A stretch of 30,011 bases of DNA. It comes from Candidatus Omnitrophota bacterium (GTDB lineage: Bacteria > Ratteibacteria > UBA8468 > MWAK01). The notes under the pieces were generated by a model, which saw only the letters and a list, made by a program, of their open reading frames with translations, was not told where the DNA came from and did no database searches. Every line of letters starts with the position of its first letter. Position 1 is the stretch's first letter. The stretch lies in assembly GCA_043797665.1 (NCBI GenBank), contig JAZDPL010000052.1:1-30011 (forward strand), written 5' to 3'. Both the position numbers and the translations under genes were made by a program. This document shows positions 8,735 to 19,351 of the stretch, in pieces.

Positions 8735-8764
8735 ATGTTAGCACTTTGCCAGAAGACCGGTCAA
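8735..8764 (-). promoter_or_regulatory. distal sigma70-type promoter of the pst operon
   Basis: TTGACC-N18-TAACAT with TG; its GCAAAGTGCTAACATTT resembles GCAAGGTGATAATATTT of the 512-540 promoter. Confidence 0.5.
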
Positions 8765-8777
8765 GGGCTTTTGGGAG

Positions 8778-8797
8778 AAACTAATTGCGACAGGATG
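8778..8797 (+). repeat. junction direct repeat, copy 4
   Basis: AAACTAATTGCGACAGGATG vs 543-562 AAACTAATTGCGACTGGGTG (18/20; first 14 identical). Confidence 0.7.
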
Positions 8798-8916
8798 AAA
8801 GGTACAGAAGAATCAATTTGTTTTTCCTTTTTATCTTCTTCCATTTTTTGTATGATTAATCTATTGCTATTTCACCAGCCTTTTTTAAAGCGATTTTTGT
8901 GTACGAAGCTCGGAAT

Positions 8917-10980
8917 TCATTTCAGTTTTAAATGCGGATTCGTGCGAATTTTTTCCAGTGCCGGCGGGATTTCATATCCCAATATCTCTGCCTGATGAAT
9001 GTCCTTCCATGCTTTATCGAAGTTCCCTTTTGCCATATATGTAATACCCCGGTTAAAATAGATTTCGGCTAAATCAGGGTTGATTTCTACCGCCTGGGTA
9101 AGGATAATAATAGCTTTGTCGTAAGCTCCTTTTTTGCCGTACGCAACCCCCATCTTCCCATAGGCTTTTGCACAATGCGGGTCAATCGTTATCGCCTGGG
9201 TATAATCAGTAATGGCTTTATCGTAGTCTCCTTTTTTTAAATATGAATTCCCTCGGTTGTAGTATGCATCTGTATATCCCGGGTTAGACAGTAGTGTCTG
9301 GGTAAAATCAGCGATGGCCTTGTCGTATTCCTCTTGGCTCTCGTAGACAATGCCCCGGTTATAATAAACAACAAAAATATAATTCGGACTAAGCTTTAAT
9401 GTCCGGGTAAAATCAGCGATGGCGTTGGTATACTCTTTTTTTTGAGAGTAGGCAAGCCCCCGGTTATAATAAGCGTCTGCGTATTGAGGGTTAATCGTTA
9501 TTGCCTGGTTACAATCAGCAATAGCCTGGTCGTATTCTCCTTTTTTTAAATATACATTCGCCCGATTGTTGTAGGAAAAGGTAAATCTCGGGTTAATTCG
9601 GAGTGCCTGGTCAAAGTCGGCAATAGCTTTTTCGTATTCCTGTTGTTCTTCCAAATAGGCAAGCCCCCGGCTATCGTATGCTCTGGCTTTGTTTGGAGAT
9701 TTTTGGACCACATCGTTCCATATGGTGAATTCATTTTTCCAGACACGGTTCCGGTTGTAAGCCATGGTTGAATAGCAGATTACTATTAATGTTAACAATC
9801 CTGTTGTCAGATGGAGTCTTTTATTTCGGAAAATGTAGTAGATAATCACTGGCAGAAAAATGCTGTAGCCGACCATCGGCAAATAAATCCGGTGTTCGAA
9901 GATGACATCCTTAATGGGTACAATACTGGATTCCGGCACCAGGGTAAGAAAGAACCAGAAGATAGAAAAGGAAACGAGGCGGTTTTTCCGGAAGAGGAGA
10001 ACTGCAGTTAATAAAAGCAGTATCAACAGGCAAAGCCCGGCTAATGTTGGCAGGGTAAATAAGGTTTGGGCAATAGGATAGTCATAATCAAGGTTTTGAT
10101 TTACGGGTATCAAAAGGAGCCTTAGGTAGGTGACTATCACCCGGAACTGGGTAAGCAGGTAGGTTCCGGAAGAAATCATAATCGAATCGGATGGGGCCTG
10201 GGTTAAATGCCGTAATTCTCTGAAGTCAATGGAACCGGTTGCCCGTATAGTTACCAGTGTGGCCAACAGGATAATAAAGAACGGGATGATTTGTTTACAC
10301 AATAGTTTACGGTTTGTTTGAAAGAAGCATAACTCGTAGAGTATTAATATAAAAGGCAGGGTGATGGTGATTTCCTTGGTGAACAGTGCCAATCCCGCAG
10401 TCAGGATGGAACCAGCATAGTACCGTTGCCAGCCGGGTGGGGCCGGTTTTTCGGCATACTTCAACCGTGTTTTTACATAAAGGCACAGCGAGGCTAAATA
10501 AAAGAATGTTGCCAGGGATGTTGCGCGCTGGATAATATAAGTTACCGCCTGGGTTTGTACCGGGTGTGCTACAAATATTAATCCGCCAAAAAAAGCCAGC
10601 AGGTTGGCGTATCTGGCAGCCGCTATGTTTTTTATAGCCGGCGAGGAAAAGGTCAGGATGATAAGCCAGCGAACCAGTAATGCTGCACCCAGATGTACGG
10701 CCAAATTAAAGAGATGGTAGCCAGGAAGGGAGAATTGGTGGAAGTGATAGTTGCAGGCGAGGGAGAGAAAAGTAAAGAACCGGGTGGCACAATGATTCCA
10801 GATAACACGCAGGTTCAGTATGTTTCTAATAGCAGGATTGGTAACTATATTGCCGGCGTCATCAAAGTGAAACGAATTCTGGAAGGTGTTGGAATAAATA
10901 AGTATACCTAACAAACATAAAACAATAACTGTAAATATCCGGTTTGTACCTTTTTGGGGAATTTTTGATGGACGGCGCAT
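8917..10980 (-). CDS. TMTC-like GT-C membrane glycosyltransferase with 7 C-terminal TPRs
   Basis: FHFDD motif after TM1, HPVQTQAVTYI, KE and EHRIYLP; many TM segments; seven YYNRG...AIADF...P-type TPR units. Confidence 0.8.
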   Translation of the reverse strand: MRRPSKIPQKGTNRIFTVIVLCLLGILIYSNTFQNSFHFDDAGNIVTNPAIRNILNLRVIWNHCATRFFTFLSLACNYHFHQFSLPGYHLFNLAVHLGAALLVRWLIILTFSSPAIKNIAAARYANLLAFFGGLIFVAHPVQTQAVTYIIQRATSLATFFYLASLCLYVKTRLKYAEKPAPPGWQRYYAGSILTAGLALFTKEITITLPFILILYELCFFQTNRKLLCKQIIPFFIILLATLVTIRATGSIDFRELRHLTQAPSDSIMISSGTYLLTQFRVIVTYLRLLLIPVNQNLDYDYPIAQTLFTLPTLAGLCLLILLLLTAVLLFRKNRLVSFSIFWFFLTLVPESSIVPIKDVIFEHRIYLPMVGYSIFLPVIIYYIFRNKRLHLTTGLLTLIVICYSTMAYNRNRVWKNEFTIWNDVVQKSPNKARAYDSRGLAYLEEQQEYEKAIADFDQALRINPRFTFSYNNRANVYLKKGEYDQAIADCNQAITINPQYADAYYNRGLAYSQKKEYTNAIADFTRTLKLSPNYIFVVYYNRGIVYESQEEYDKAIADFTQTLLSNPGYTDAYYNRGNSYLKKGDYDKAITDYTQAITIDPHCAKAYGKMGVAYGKKGAYDKAIIILTQAVEINPDLAEIYFNRGITYMAKGNFDKAWKDIHQAEILGYEIPPALEKIRTNPHLKLK

Positions 10981-11003
10981 TTAAATGGTATTTTACCCTC
11001 AAT

Positions 11004-12797
<1,794 letters not shown>

Positions 12798-12853
12798 ATG
12801 GTGGATTATATTGAGATTTTTGGGAAATAAGACGTTTCTTTGAAAAGAAAGAC

Positions 12854-12883
12854 TTGCATTTTTCTCTGTATGCATGGTATCAT
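12854..12883 (+). promoter_or_regulatory. promoter of the nusA operon
   Basis: TTGCAT-N18-TATCAT with extended -10 TG. Confidence 0.5.
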
Positions 12884-12934
12884 AAATAGCATAAAAATCA
12901 AAATTTACCTTGAAACAATCATAAACGGATAACG

Positions 12935-14083
12935 ATGCAGTTAAACAAAGAATTAGTGGTTATTTTGGAATATCTGGAGCGTGAACGTGGTCTGGACCGT
13001 CAGACGGTCCTGGCGGCGATTGAGGGCGGTCTTCTTTCGGTTTATCGCAAAAAATTAAAATTGGACAAGGATACCGAACTTCATATTGACCCCCAGACTA
13101 CGGAAATCTATATTGTTGATGCTTCCGGCCAGCGTCGGTCCGTACCGGCGCTTCCTTCGGAAAGGATTGCTGCTGCCAGTGCCCGGCAGATGATAATGCA
13201 GAAGATTCGCGAGGCAGAAAAAGCGCAGCTTTTCGAGGAATATAAAAGTCAGGAAGGAAAAGTGGTGGCCGGTTTGGTTGACCACTATGAAAAAGGGAAT
13301 TTGATTGTTAACTTAGGTAGAATTGAAGGAATCTTCCCGGCATCGGAACTGAGCCGGACGGAAAGACACCGCCGTCGGGGCACCGCGGTTAAAGGAATTA
13401 TCATTGAGGTTACCAAAGAATCTCAGGGTCCAAGAATAGTTCTTTCCGCCTGTCACCCGGCTATCATCTCCGATCTGTTTACTCAGGAAATCCCTGAGAT
13501 TAGAGAAAATATTCTGGAAATAAAAGCGGTCGCCCGGGTGGCGGGAGAGGCATCTAAGGTAGCGGTTGTTTCCAATGATAGCCGGATTGACCCGGTTGGA
13601 ACATGCATCGGTATCCGGGGAACCCGGATCCGGGCAATAATGAAAGAATTGGGTGGGGAAAGGGTTGATATAATCCGATGGCGGGATGATCCGGCGGAAC
13701 TGATTGCGGCTACGCTTTCTCCGGCGAAAGTTCTCAAAGTTGAAGTTTCACCCGCCAAGAAATACGGCCGGGTAATTGTGGCTGATGACCAGTTGGCGGT
13801 GGCGATAGGTAAAAAAGGCATAAACGTGAAATTAGCCTCCCAGATTTCCGGTTTTACCGTTGATATAAGGTGTGAAACCGATCTGAAGTCGGAACAATTA
13901 CCCGCGATAGCCAGCCTGCCCGGGGTGGATGAAGCCCTGGCTAAAAAATTGAACAAAGCCGGTTTTACTTCCTTAAAGAACCTGCTCACCGCTGGCGAGG
14001 AAGATTTGATGAAGGTGGAAGGGATTGATGTCGATAAAGCCAGGGAGTTAATTGAGAACGCGCGTCTTGCCGGCACCGTTTAG
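12935..14083 (+). CDS. nusA: transcription termination/antitermination factor NusA
   Basis: S1 and KH domains (EIPEI, DPVGTCIG.RG.R, AIGKKG.NV.LAS); C-terminal HhH. Confidence 0.95.
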   Translation: MQLNKELVVILEYLERERGLDRQTVLAAIEGGLLSVYRKKLKLDKDTELHIDPQTTEIYIVDASGQRRSVPALPSERIAAASARQMIMQKIREAEKAQLFEEYKSQEGKVVAGLVDHYEKGNLIVNLGRIEGIFPASELSRTERHRRRGTAVKGIIIEVTKESQGPRIVLSACHPAIISDLFTQEIPEIRENILEIKAVARVAGEASKVAVVSNDSRIDPVGTCIGIRGTRIRAIMKELGGERVDIIRWRDDPAELIAATLSPAKVLKVEVSPAKKYGRVIVADDQLAVAIGKKGINVKLASQISGFTVDIRCETDLKSEQLPAIASLPGVDEALAKKLNKAGFTSLKNLLTAGEEDLMKVEGIDVDKARELIENARLAGTV

Positions 14084-14099
14084 GACCCCTTAATTTATT

Positions 14100-15620
14100 A
14101 TGGAAAAAAACCTCCGGATACGTCCTCCAATAGTTACGTTGATGGGCCATGTTGACCATGGCAAAACCTCACTTCTGGATGCGATTCGCAAAAGTAATAT
14201 TACCGCCCGGGAACACGGGCAGATTACCCAGCATATCGGAGCCTATACCGTTGAGGTAAGCGGTAAGAAGATTACCTTTCTTGATACTCCGGGGCACGAA
14301 GCTTTTACTGCCATGCGGCTGCGCGGGGCTCAGGTTACGGATATCGTAATTTTGGTGGTAGCGGTTAATGAAGGGGTGATGCCTCAGACGATAGAAGCGA
14401 TTCATCACTGTCAGGTAGCCCAGGTTCCGATTATTGTGGCTCTTAATAAAGCGGATAAGGGTCGTGACAACATTCCCCGGGTAAAGGCGGAACTGTCCAA
14501 GTATAACCTCCTTACCGAAGACTTAGGTGGTCAGACAGTTTCCGTGGAGACTGTTGCGCCGAAGGGTTTGGGAATCGACAGTCTTCTGGAGGCCGTTATT
14601 CTTCAGTCTGAAATGATGGAGTTGAAGGCGAATTATGGTATTCCAGCCGAAGGTGTGGTAATCGAGACGAAACTGGACCGCGGGTCCGGTCCCAATATTA
14701 CCCTGATCGTTTTGGAAGGGATTCTTAAGCCCAAGCAGTCTTTGCTGATTGGGACGACTTCCGGAAAAGTGAGGGCTATTTATGATGACCACGGCAAGAA
14801 TCTCTCCGAAGTTTCTCCGGGTCTGGCAGCGCGGATAATAGGCGTAGAAGAACTTCCCGCGGTAGGAGCAAAGTTCCGGGTGGTCTCTTCAGAAAAAGCC
14901 GCCCGGGAAATAATTGAGAATGAGAAATCATTAGTATCCACACCTTCTGCGGTGCCTCCCCGGATTACGCTGGAAGAGTTTTATCTGCGTCTCCAGACAA
15001 AAGAGACGAAAGAATTGACAATCGTGCTTAAAACGGATGTGGCCGGTTCCGTCGAAGCGTTGACCGAGAGTCTGCAGAAGATTTCCGTGCCGGAAGTGAA
15101 CCTGAAGTTGATTCATGCCGGGGTAGGTACGATTTCGGAATCAGATGTTCTTTTAGCCAGGTCTTCCGGCAGTATTATCTTAGGATTCAATGTATCAATC
15201 GACGCTAAGGCGAAGACGGCATTACAGCGGGAAAAAGTACAGGTCCGGTTCTATCAGGTTATTTACGACCTTTTAGAAGACGTACGCAAGGCGCTTTCCG
15301 GACTTTTGGCTCCGGAAGTGAAAGAGAGGATGTTAGGGAAGATTTTGGTGAAACAGGTTTTTCATCTTTCTAATGGTCATATTATCGCCGGTTGCAGTGT
15401 TTTAGAGGGCAAAATTCTTCGGGGAAGCAAGACTCGTCTCTGCCGCGGTGACAAGGTGGTGCTGGAAGGTAATATTTCTTCCCTGCGCCGTTTTAAAGAA
15501 GATGTCCGTGAGGTCGCCGCCGGTTATGAGTGCGGGATAGGATTGGAAGGAGCAAAAGATGTAGAGGCCGGTGATATTATCACGGCATTCCAGATTGAGG
15601 AGGTGGGAAGAACATTATGA
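14100..15620 (+). CDS. infB: translation initiation factor IF-2 lacking the N-terminal domain
   Basis: RPPIVTLMGHVDHGKTSLLD, ITQHIGA, DTPGHEAF and SLRRFKEDVREV..GYECGI. Confidence 0.96.
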   Translation: MEKNLRIRPPIVTLMGHVDHGKTSLLDAIRKSNITAREHGQITQHIGAYTVEVSGKKITFLDTPGHEAFTAMRLRGAQVTDIVILVVAVNEGVMPQTIEAIHHCQVAQVPIIVALNKADKGRDNIPRVKAELSKYNLLTEDLGGQTVSVETVAPKGLGIDSLLEAVILQSEMMELKANYGIPAEGVVIETKLDRGSGPNITLIVLEGILKPKQSLLIGTTSGKVRAIYDDHGKNLSEVSPGLAARIIGVEELPAVGAKFRVVSSEKAAREIIENEKSLVSTPSAVPPRITLEEFYLRLQTKETKELTIVLKTDVAGSVEALTESLQKISVPEVNLKLIHAGVGTISESDVLLARSSGSIILGFNVSIDAKAKTALQREKVQVRFYQVIYDLLEDVRKALSGLLAPEVKERMLGKILVKQVFHLSNGHIIAGCSVLEGKILRGSKTRLCRGDKVVLEGNISSLRRFKEDVREVAAGYECGIGLEGAKDVEAGDIITAFQIEEVGRTL

Positions 15621-15973
15621 GTTCTAATGCTCCTAATTGTCTTTTTTGCCGCATGTCTAAGGGAGAGATTCCTTCCCGGAAGGTTTTCGAAGATGATTCT
15701 GTTTTTGCCTTTAAAGATATAAACCCCCAGGCACCCGTCCACATTCTGGTCGTTCCCAAAAAGCATATTGAATCCCTGTCAGCCATTTCTCAACAGGATG
15801 AGGAGATTGTAGGCCACCTTCAATCGGTGATTAGTAAGATTGCGGAAACAAATGTCGGAAAAGATGGCAGTTACCGGGTGGTAATTAATCGCGGGATGGA
15901 AGCCGGACAGTCTGTTTTTCACCTGCACTACCATCTTTTAGCCGGGCGTACGTTCGGATGGCCGCCGGGATAA
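15617..15973 (+). CDS. hinT: histidine triad nucleotide-binding protein
   Basis: CLFC, DINPQAPVH, GQSVFHLHYH and C-terminal WPPG. Confidence 0.92.
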   Translation: MSSNAPNCLFCRMSKGEIPSRKVFEDDSVFAFKDINPQAPVHILVVPKKHIESLSAISQQDEEIVGHLQSVISKIAETNVGKDGSYRVVINRGMEAGQSVFHLHYHLLAGRTFGWPPG

Positions 15974-15984
15974 CCGACACGAAG

Positions 15985-16052
15985 TGTCCCCCTGAGCAAA
16001 GCGAAGGGCCTAATCCACAATTACGATTCTTCGCTTTTGGCTCAGAATGACA
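15985..16052 (+). repeat. TGTC-type REP-like inverted doublet
   Basis: TGTCCCCCTGAGCAAAGCGAAGGG ... ATTCTTCGCTTTTGGCTCAGAATGACA, imperfect inverted arms. Confidence 0.8.
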
Positions 16053-16062
16053 GATACGATTT

Positions 16063-16896
16063 ATGGTAGTAGAGGTCGGGAATATTAAGATTGGTGACCG
16101 GAACCCCTTTTGTTTGATTGCCGGACCCTGTGTGATTGAAAGCGAGAAAATAACCCTGGATATAGCCCACCGGCTCAAAGAAATCTGTACCGGTTTGACT
16201 ATTCCTTTGCTCTTTAAAACTTCTTACGATAAGGCTAACCGCACCTCCCTTCGTTCTTTTCGCGGACCGGGTTTTGACAAGGGATTACGTCTGTTACAAA
16301 AAATAAAAAAGGAATTGGGGTTGTTAATCACTGCCGATGTTCACACCCCTTCTGAAGCCGAACAGGCGGGAGAAGTTCTGGATGTTGTTCAAATTCCTGC
16401 CTTCTTATGCCGGCAGACCGACCTTCTGTTGGCAGCAGGAAAAACCGGGAAAGCGGTTAACGTAAAGAAAGGGCAGTTTCTGGCACCGGAAGATAGCCGG
16501 TATATCGTTGATAAAATAAAGAGCGTCGGAAATAATAAAATATTACTTACGGAGAGAGGGACATTTTTCGGATATCACAGACTGGTGGTTGACTTTTGCA
16601 GTCTTCCGGTGATGGGTCAGTTTGCTCCGGTGATTTTTGATGCTACTCATTCGGTACAGCAGCCGGCCTTAGGTGAAGTGAGCGGCGGCCGAAGGGAATT
16701 TATCCCGTTTTTGATACGTTCTGCCCTGGCAACGGGATGTGCGGGCATTTTTCTGGAAGTTCATCCGGAACCGGAACGGGCTCTTTCCGATGGTCCCAAT
16801 ATGGTTAAGATAAAGGATTTACCCTCTCTTCTAAAGACAGCAAAAGAGATCGATACCCTGATAAAAAAAATGCAAATATCAAAATGGATGTTTTAA
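16063..16896 (+). CDS. kdsA: KDO8P synthase
   Basis: IAGPCVIES, DKANRTS, QIPAFLCRQTDL, KKGQF and DATHSVQ. Confidence 0.97.
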   Translation: MVVEVGNIKIGDRNPFCLIAGPCVIESEKITLDIAHRLKEICTGLTIPLLFKTSYDKANRTSLRSFRGPGFDKGLRLLQKIKKELGLLITADVHTPSEAEQAGEVLDVVQIPAFLCRQTDLLLAAGKTGKAVNVKKGQFLAPEDSRYIVDKIKSVGNNKILLTERGTFFGYHRLVVDFCSLPVMGQFAPVIFDATHSVQQPALGEVSGGRREFIPFLIRSALATGCAGIFLEVHPEPERALSDGPNMVKIKDLPSLLKTAKEIDTLIKKMQISKWMF

Positions 16897-17870
16897 AACG
16901 GGCCCGCGAAATTTTCCAGACTGAGATTTCCGCGATTGACGCTACTTCCAGGGTGTTAGACAAACATTTCGAAGAGGCGGTGAATAAAATCGCTTCCTCT
17001 TCCGGCCGGGTAGTGGTTACCGGGATAGGTAAAAGCGGGATTATCGGCCGAAAGGTTGCGGCCACTTTAAGCAGTACCGGGACCCCGTCTTTTTTTCTCC
17101 ATCCCGCCGAGGCGGTACACGGAGATTTGGGTATGATTGGCCGGAATGATATAGTTATGGCTATTTCCAACAGCGGAAAGACCGAAGAGATTTTACGGAT
17201 ATTACCCGCTGTCCGCAAGATGGGCGCCACGGTTATTGCCATTACCGGCAATCCTGATTCCCATCTGGCGGCGATGGCAGAGATAGTGCTGACCCTGAAA
17301 GTAAATAATGAGGCGGATACCTTTGGACTTATTCCCACCGCCAGTACCACCGCCCTTTTAGTCCTGGGTGATGCTCTTTCCCTGTGTGTGTTGGAGCGGA
17401 AAGGATTCCAGAGAAGGGACTATGCGTTTCTTCATCCCGGCGGTGATTTAGGCGAACGTCTGACTTTACTGGTTGACGATGTTATGCGTAGTGCAAAAGA
17501 GATGCCGGCAATAAAAGAAAGCGAGGATTTTTTGATTGATGCCATCGGGGTTATGACCGCCGGCGATTTGGGGTTGGCGATAGTTACTGATACCGGGGGA
17601 CATTTAGCGGGAATTATAACCGATGGCGATTTACGCCGGTTCCTTTTAAAGAATCCATCTATTGCAGGGGTAAAAGTAGCAGAGGTAATGACCGGAAATC
17701 CTAAGACGATACCCTCGGGGTCACTTACCGCTGCCGCGGTTAAAGAGATGGAAAAGTATGAAATTACGGCTCTGGTTGTAATTAATGACCAACGGCAGCC
17801 GGTTGGGGTGGTTCATCTCCACGGTGTTCTGGGAGGTAAATCTCTTTACGGGGATAAGGGGTTGGAGTAA
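16884..17870 (+). CDS. kdsD: arabinose-5-phosphate isomerase (KpsF/GutQ family, SIS plus CBS)
   Basis: GIGKSG, HPAEAVHGDLG, PTAST, HPGG.LG and two CBS domains. Confidence 0.95.
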   Translation: MDVLKRAREIFQTEISAIDATSRVLDKHFEEAVNKIASSSGRVVVTGIGKSGIIGRKVAATLSSTGTPSFFLHPAEAVHGDLGMIGRNDIVMAISNSGKTEEILRILPAVRKMGATVIAITGNPDSHLAAMAEIVLTLKVNNEADTFGLIPTASTTALLVLGDALSLCVLERKGFQRRDYAFLHPGGDLGERLTLLVDDVMRSAKEMPAIKESEDFLIDAIGVMTAGDLGLAIVTDTGGHLAGIITDGDLRRFLLKNPSIAGVKVAEVMTGNPKTIPSGSLTAAAVKEMEKYEITALVVINDQRQPVGVVHLHGVLGGKSLYGDKGLE

Positions 17871-17889
17871 ATGTGAATAAAAATTTTTA

Positions 17890-18450
17890 TTGCTTCCGGT
17901 TTTATTCCTGGCCGGGATTCTAATGACAATAGTGGGGCATCTGGGAGAGAGGAGACCGGTTCCAGAGATGCCTAAACCGTTTCAAGAAGAGTTGAGCGGT
18001 TTCAGTTACCAGCGTCAGGAGGCAGGGCTGGGTTTGGTATTAACCGGCGAGGCGGCGACTGTTTCTGACGATAAGGATACCGTTATTGCCAATCCCGCAA
18101 CCCGTCTGGAAACTCCGGCCGGTAAAATTATTCTGATAAACACCGCGCCCTCCGGAAATGCCGAACTGGTTTTTGACCCCAAGAGCGGACAGTTAAAGTC
18201 CATGATTTTGAAGGATGGAGTGACTATCATCCGTAAGGACAAGAAAAGTGACCGGGTTGAGTTTACCGCAAAAAGTGACCAGGCCGTCTTTGATTATGCG
18301 ACCCAGGAGGTGATTCTTACCGGACAGCCGGTGCTCTATCAGGGAAGTAATGAATTTCGCGGAGACGTTATCCGGTATTTGCTTAAAGATGGTAAAATAT
18401 TTATTGATAAGAACACCTCTGGCAAGATATATTATGAAGGGAAAGAGTAG
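17890..18450 (+). CDS. membrane-anchored LptC/LptA (OstA-like beta-jellyroll) protein; true start probably GTG 17873 via a frameshift
   Basis: N-terminal hydrophobic helix; AKSDQAVFD...VILTG.PVLYQG.NEFRGDVIRY OstA-like segment; position after kdsD. Confidence 0.6.
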   Translation: MLPVLFLAGILMTIVGHLGERRPVPEMPKPFQEELSGFSYQRQEAGLGLVLTGEAATVSDDKDTVIANPATRLETPAGKIILINTAPSGNAELVFDPKSGQLKSMILKDGVTIIRKDKKSDRVEFTAKSDQAVFDYATQEVILTGQPVLYQGSNEFRGDVIRYLLKDGKIFIDKNTSGKIYYEGKE

Positions 18451-18490
18451 TATGAATGACAGGCACGAGATTTGCTGAATATTTATTAGT

Positions 18491-19351
18491 ATGCTTTATT
18501 CCCGGTTTTTTTTCCTCGGACTCATTCTACTTTTTCCATTCCGGTCGTCCGGACAGGAAGTCTGGGTTAAGATTTTACACAACGGTACCATCAATGAAAT
18601 AGAACTGGAAGAATATGTCTGCGGTGTTCTGGCGGGCGAGATTTCACCTTCCTGGCCCCTGGAAAGTTTAAAGGCGATGGCAGTTTGTGCCCGTACCTTT
18701 GCCCTGAATAAGATTGTGGATAGATTTAACCGTTCCTATCATCTGGCCGATAACTTTTTCGACCAGGTCTACGAAAGCCGGCATTCACGGGTGGAATCAA
18801 TTCAAAAAGCGGTTTCTGATACCAAGGGTGAAGTCGTGCTTTACAACGAAGAACTGGCTCAGGTATATTTTTGTGCCAGTTCCGGAAATTGTACCGCCAG
18901 CAGTTTTTCGGTGTGGGGTAAAGATGTGCCGTATTTGAAAGCGATACCGGATCCGTACAGCAGCCGGGCTGAAAAATACAGTTCCTGGATGCTCGTTTTG
19001 GATACCAGCGACCTTTTGAACCTTCTTCACATCCGGGGAAAGGTTAAGGATATAACGGTGGTAAGCCGTGATGGAAGTGGTCGGGTAAATGATTTGCAAA
19101 TATCAACCAATAACAAGAGTTATCCGTTTTCGGGGAAAAGATTACGGGAATTATTGGGGTTTGACCGTCTGCACAGTACCCTTTTTGAGGTAAATTTTAA
19201 GGGTGAGAAGGTTATCTTTACCGGTCAGGGGTGGGGTCACGGTGTGGGACTTTCCCAGTGGGGAGCCAAAAAAATGGCGGAAGAAGGTTTTGATTACAAG
19301 CAGATACTGGAGTTTTATTTTCCGGGTACGGTGTTAGGGGTTATCCAATAA
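18491..19351 (+). CDS. SpoIID/LytB domain protein (putative lytic transglycosylase)
   Basis: LEEYVCGVLAGE, LKAMAVCARTFA, QVY, GWGHGVGLSQWGA and IL.FYFPG. Confidence 0.9.
   Translation: MLYSRFFFLGLILLFPFRSSGQEVWVKILHNGTINEIELEEYVCGVLAGEISPSWPLESLKAMAVCARTFALNKIVDRFNRSYHLADNFFDQVYESRHSRVESIQKAVSDTKGEVVLYNEELAQVYFCASSGNCTASSFSVWGKDVPYLKAIPDPYSSRAEKYSSWMLVLDTSDLLNLLHIRGKVKDITVVSRDGSGRVNDLQISTNNKSYPFSGKRLRELLGFDRLHSTLFEVNFKGEKVIFTGQGWGHGVGLSQWGAKKMAEEGFDYKQILEFYFPGTVLGVIQ

Noticed and set aside
8640..8780. PHO box upstream of pstS
   Set aside because: No convincing tandem CTGTCAT-like 11-bp repeats were found, and no phoB/phoR is in the window.
8960..9690. ~102-bp periodic DNA repeats
   Set aside because: Explained by TPR coding units; not an independent repeat element.
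12798..12875. 26-aa N-terminal extension of TypA
   Set aside because: Homology starts at MEIRNIAII, and the extension overlaps promoter elements.
13483..14076. Long antisense ORFs (also 16805-17350, 20649-21077, 22821-23345, 29313-29819 and others)
   Set aside because: Shadow frames opposite well-supported conserved genes, with no recognisable motifs.
18452..18490. In-frame ATG and TGA upstream of the SpoIID-like gene (readthrough, Sec or alternative code); T8 tract nearby
   Set aside because: TGA is a normal stop in many genes here, and ATG 18491 already gives a plausible signal peptide.
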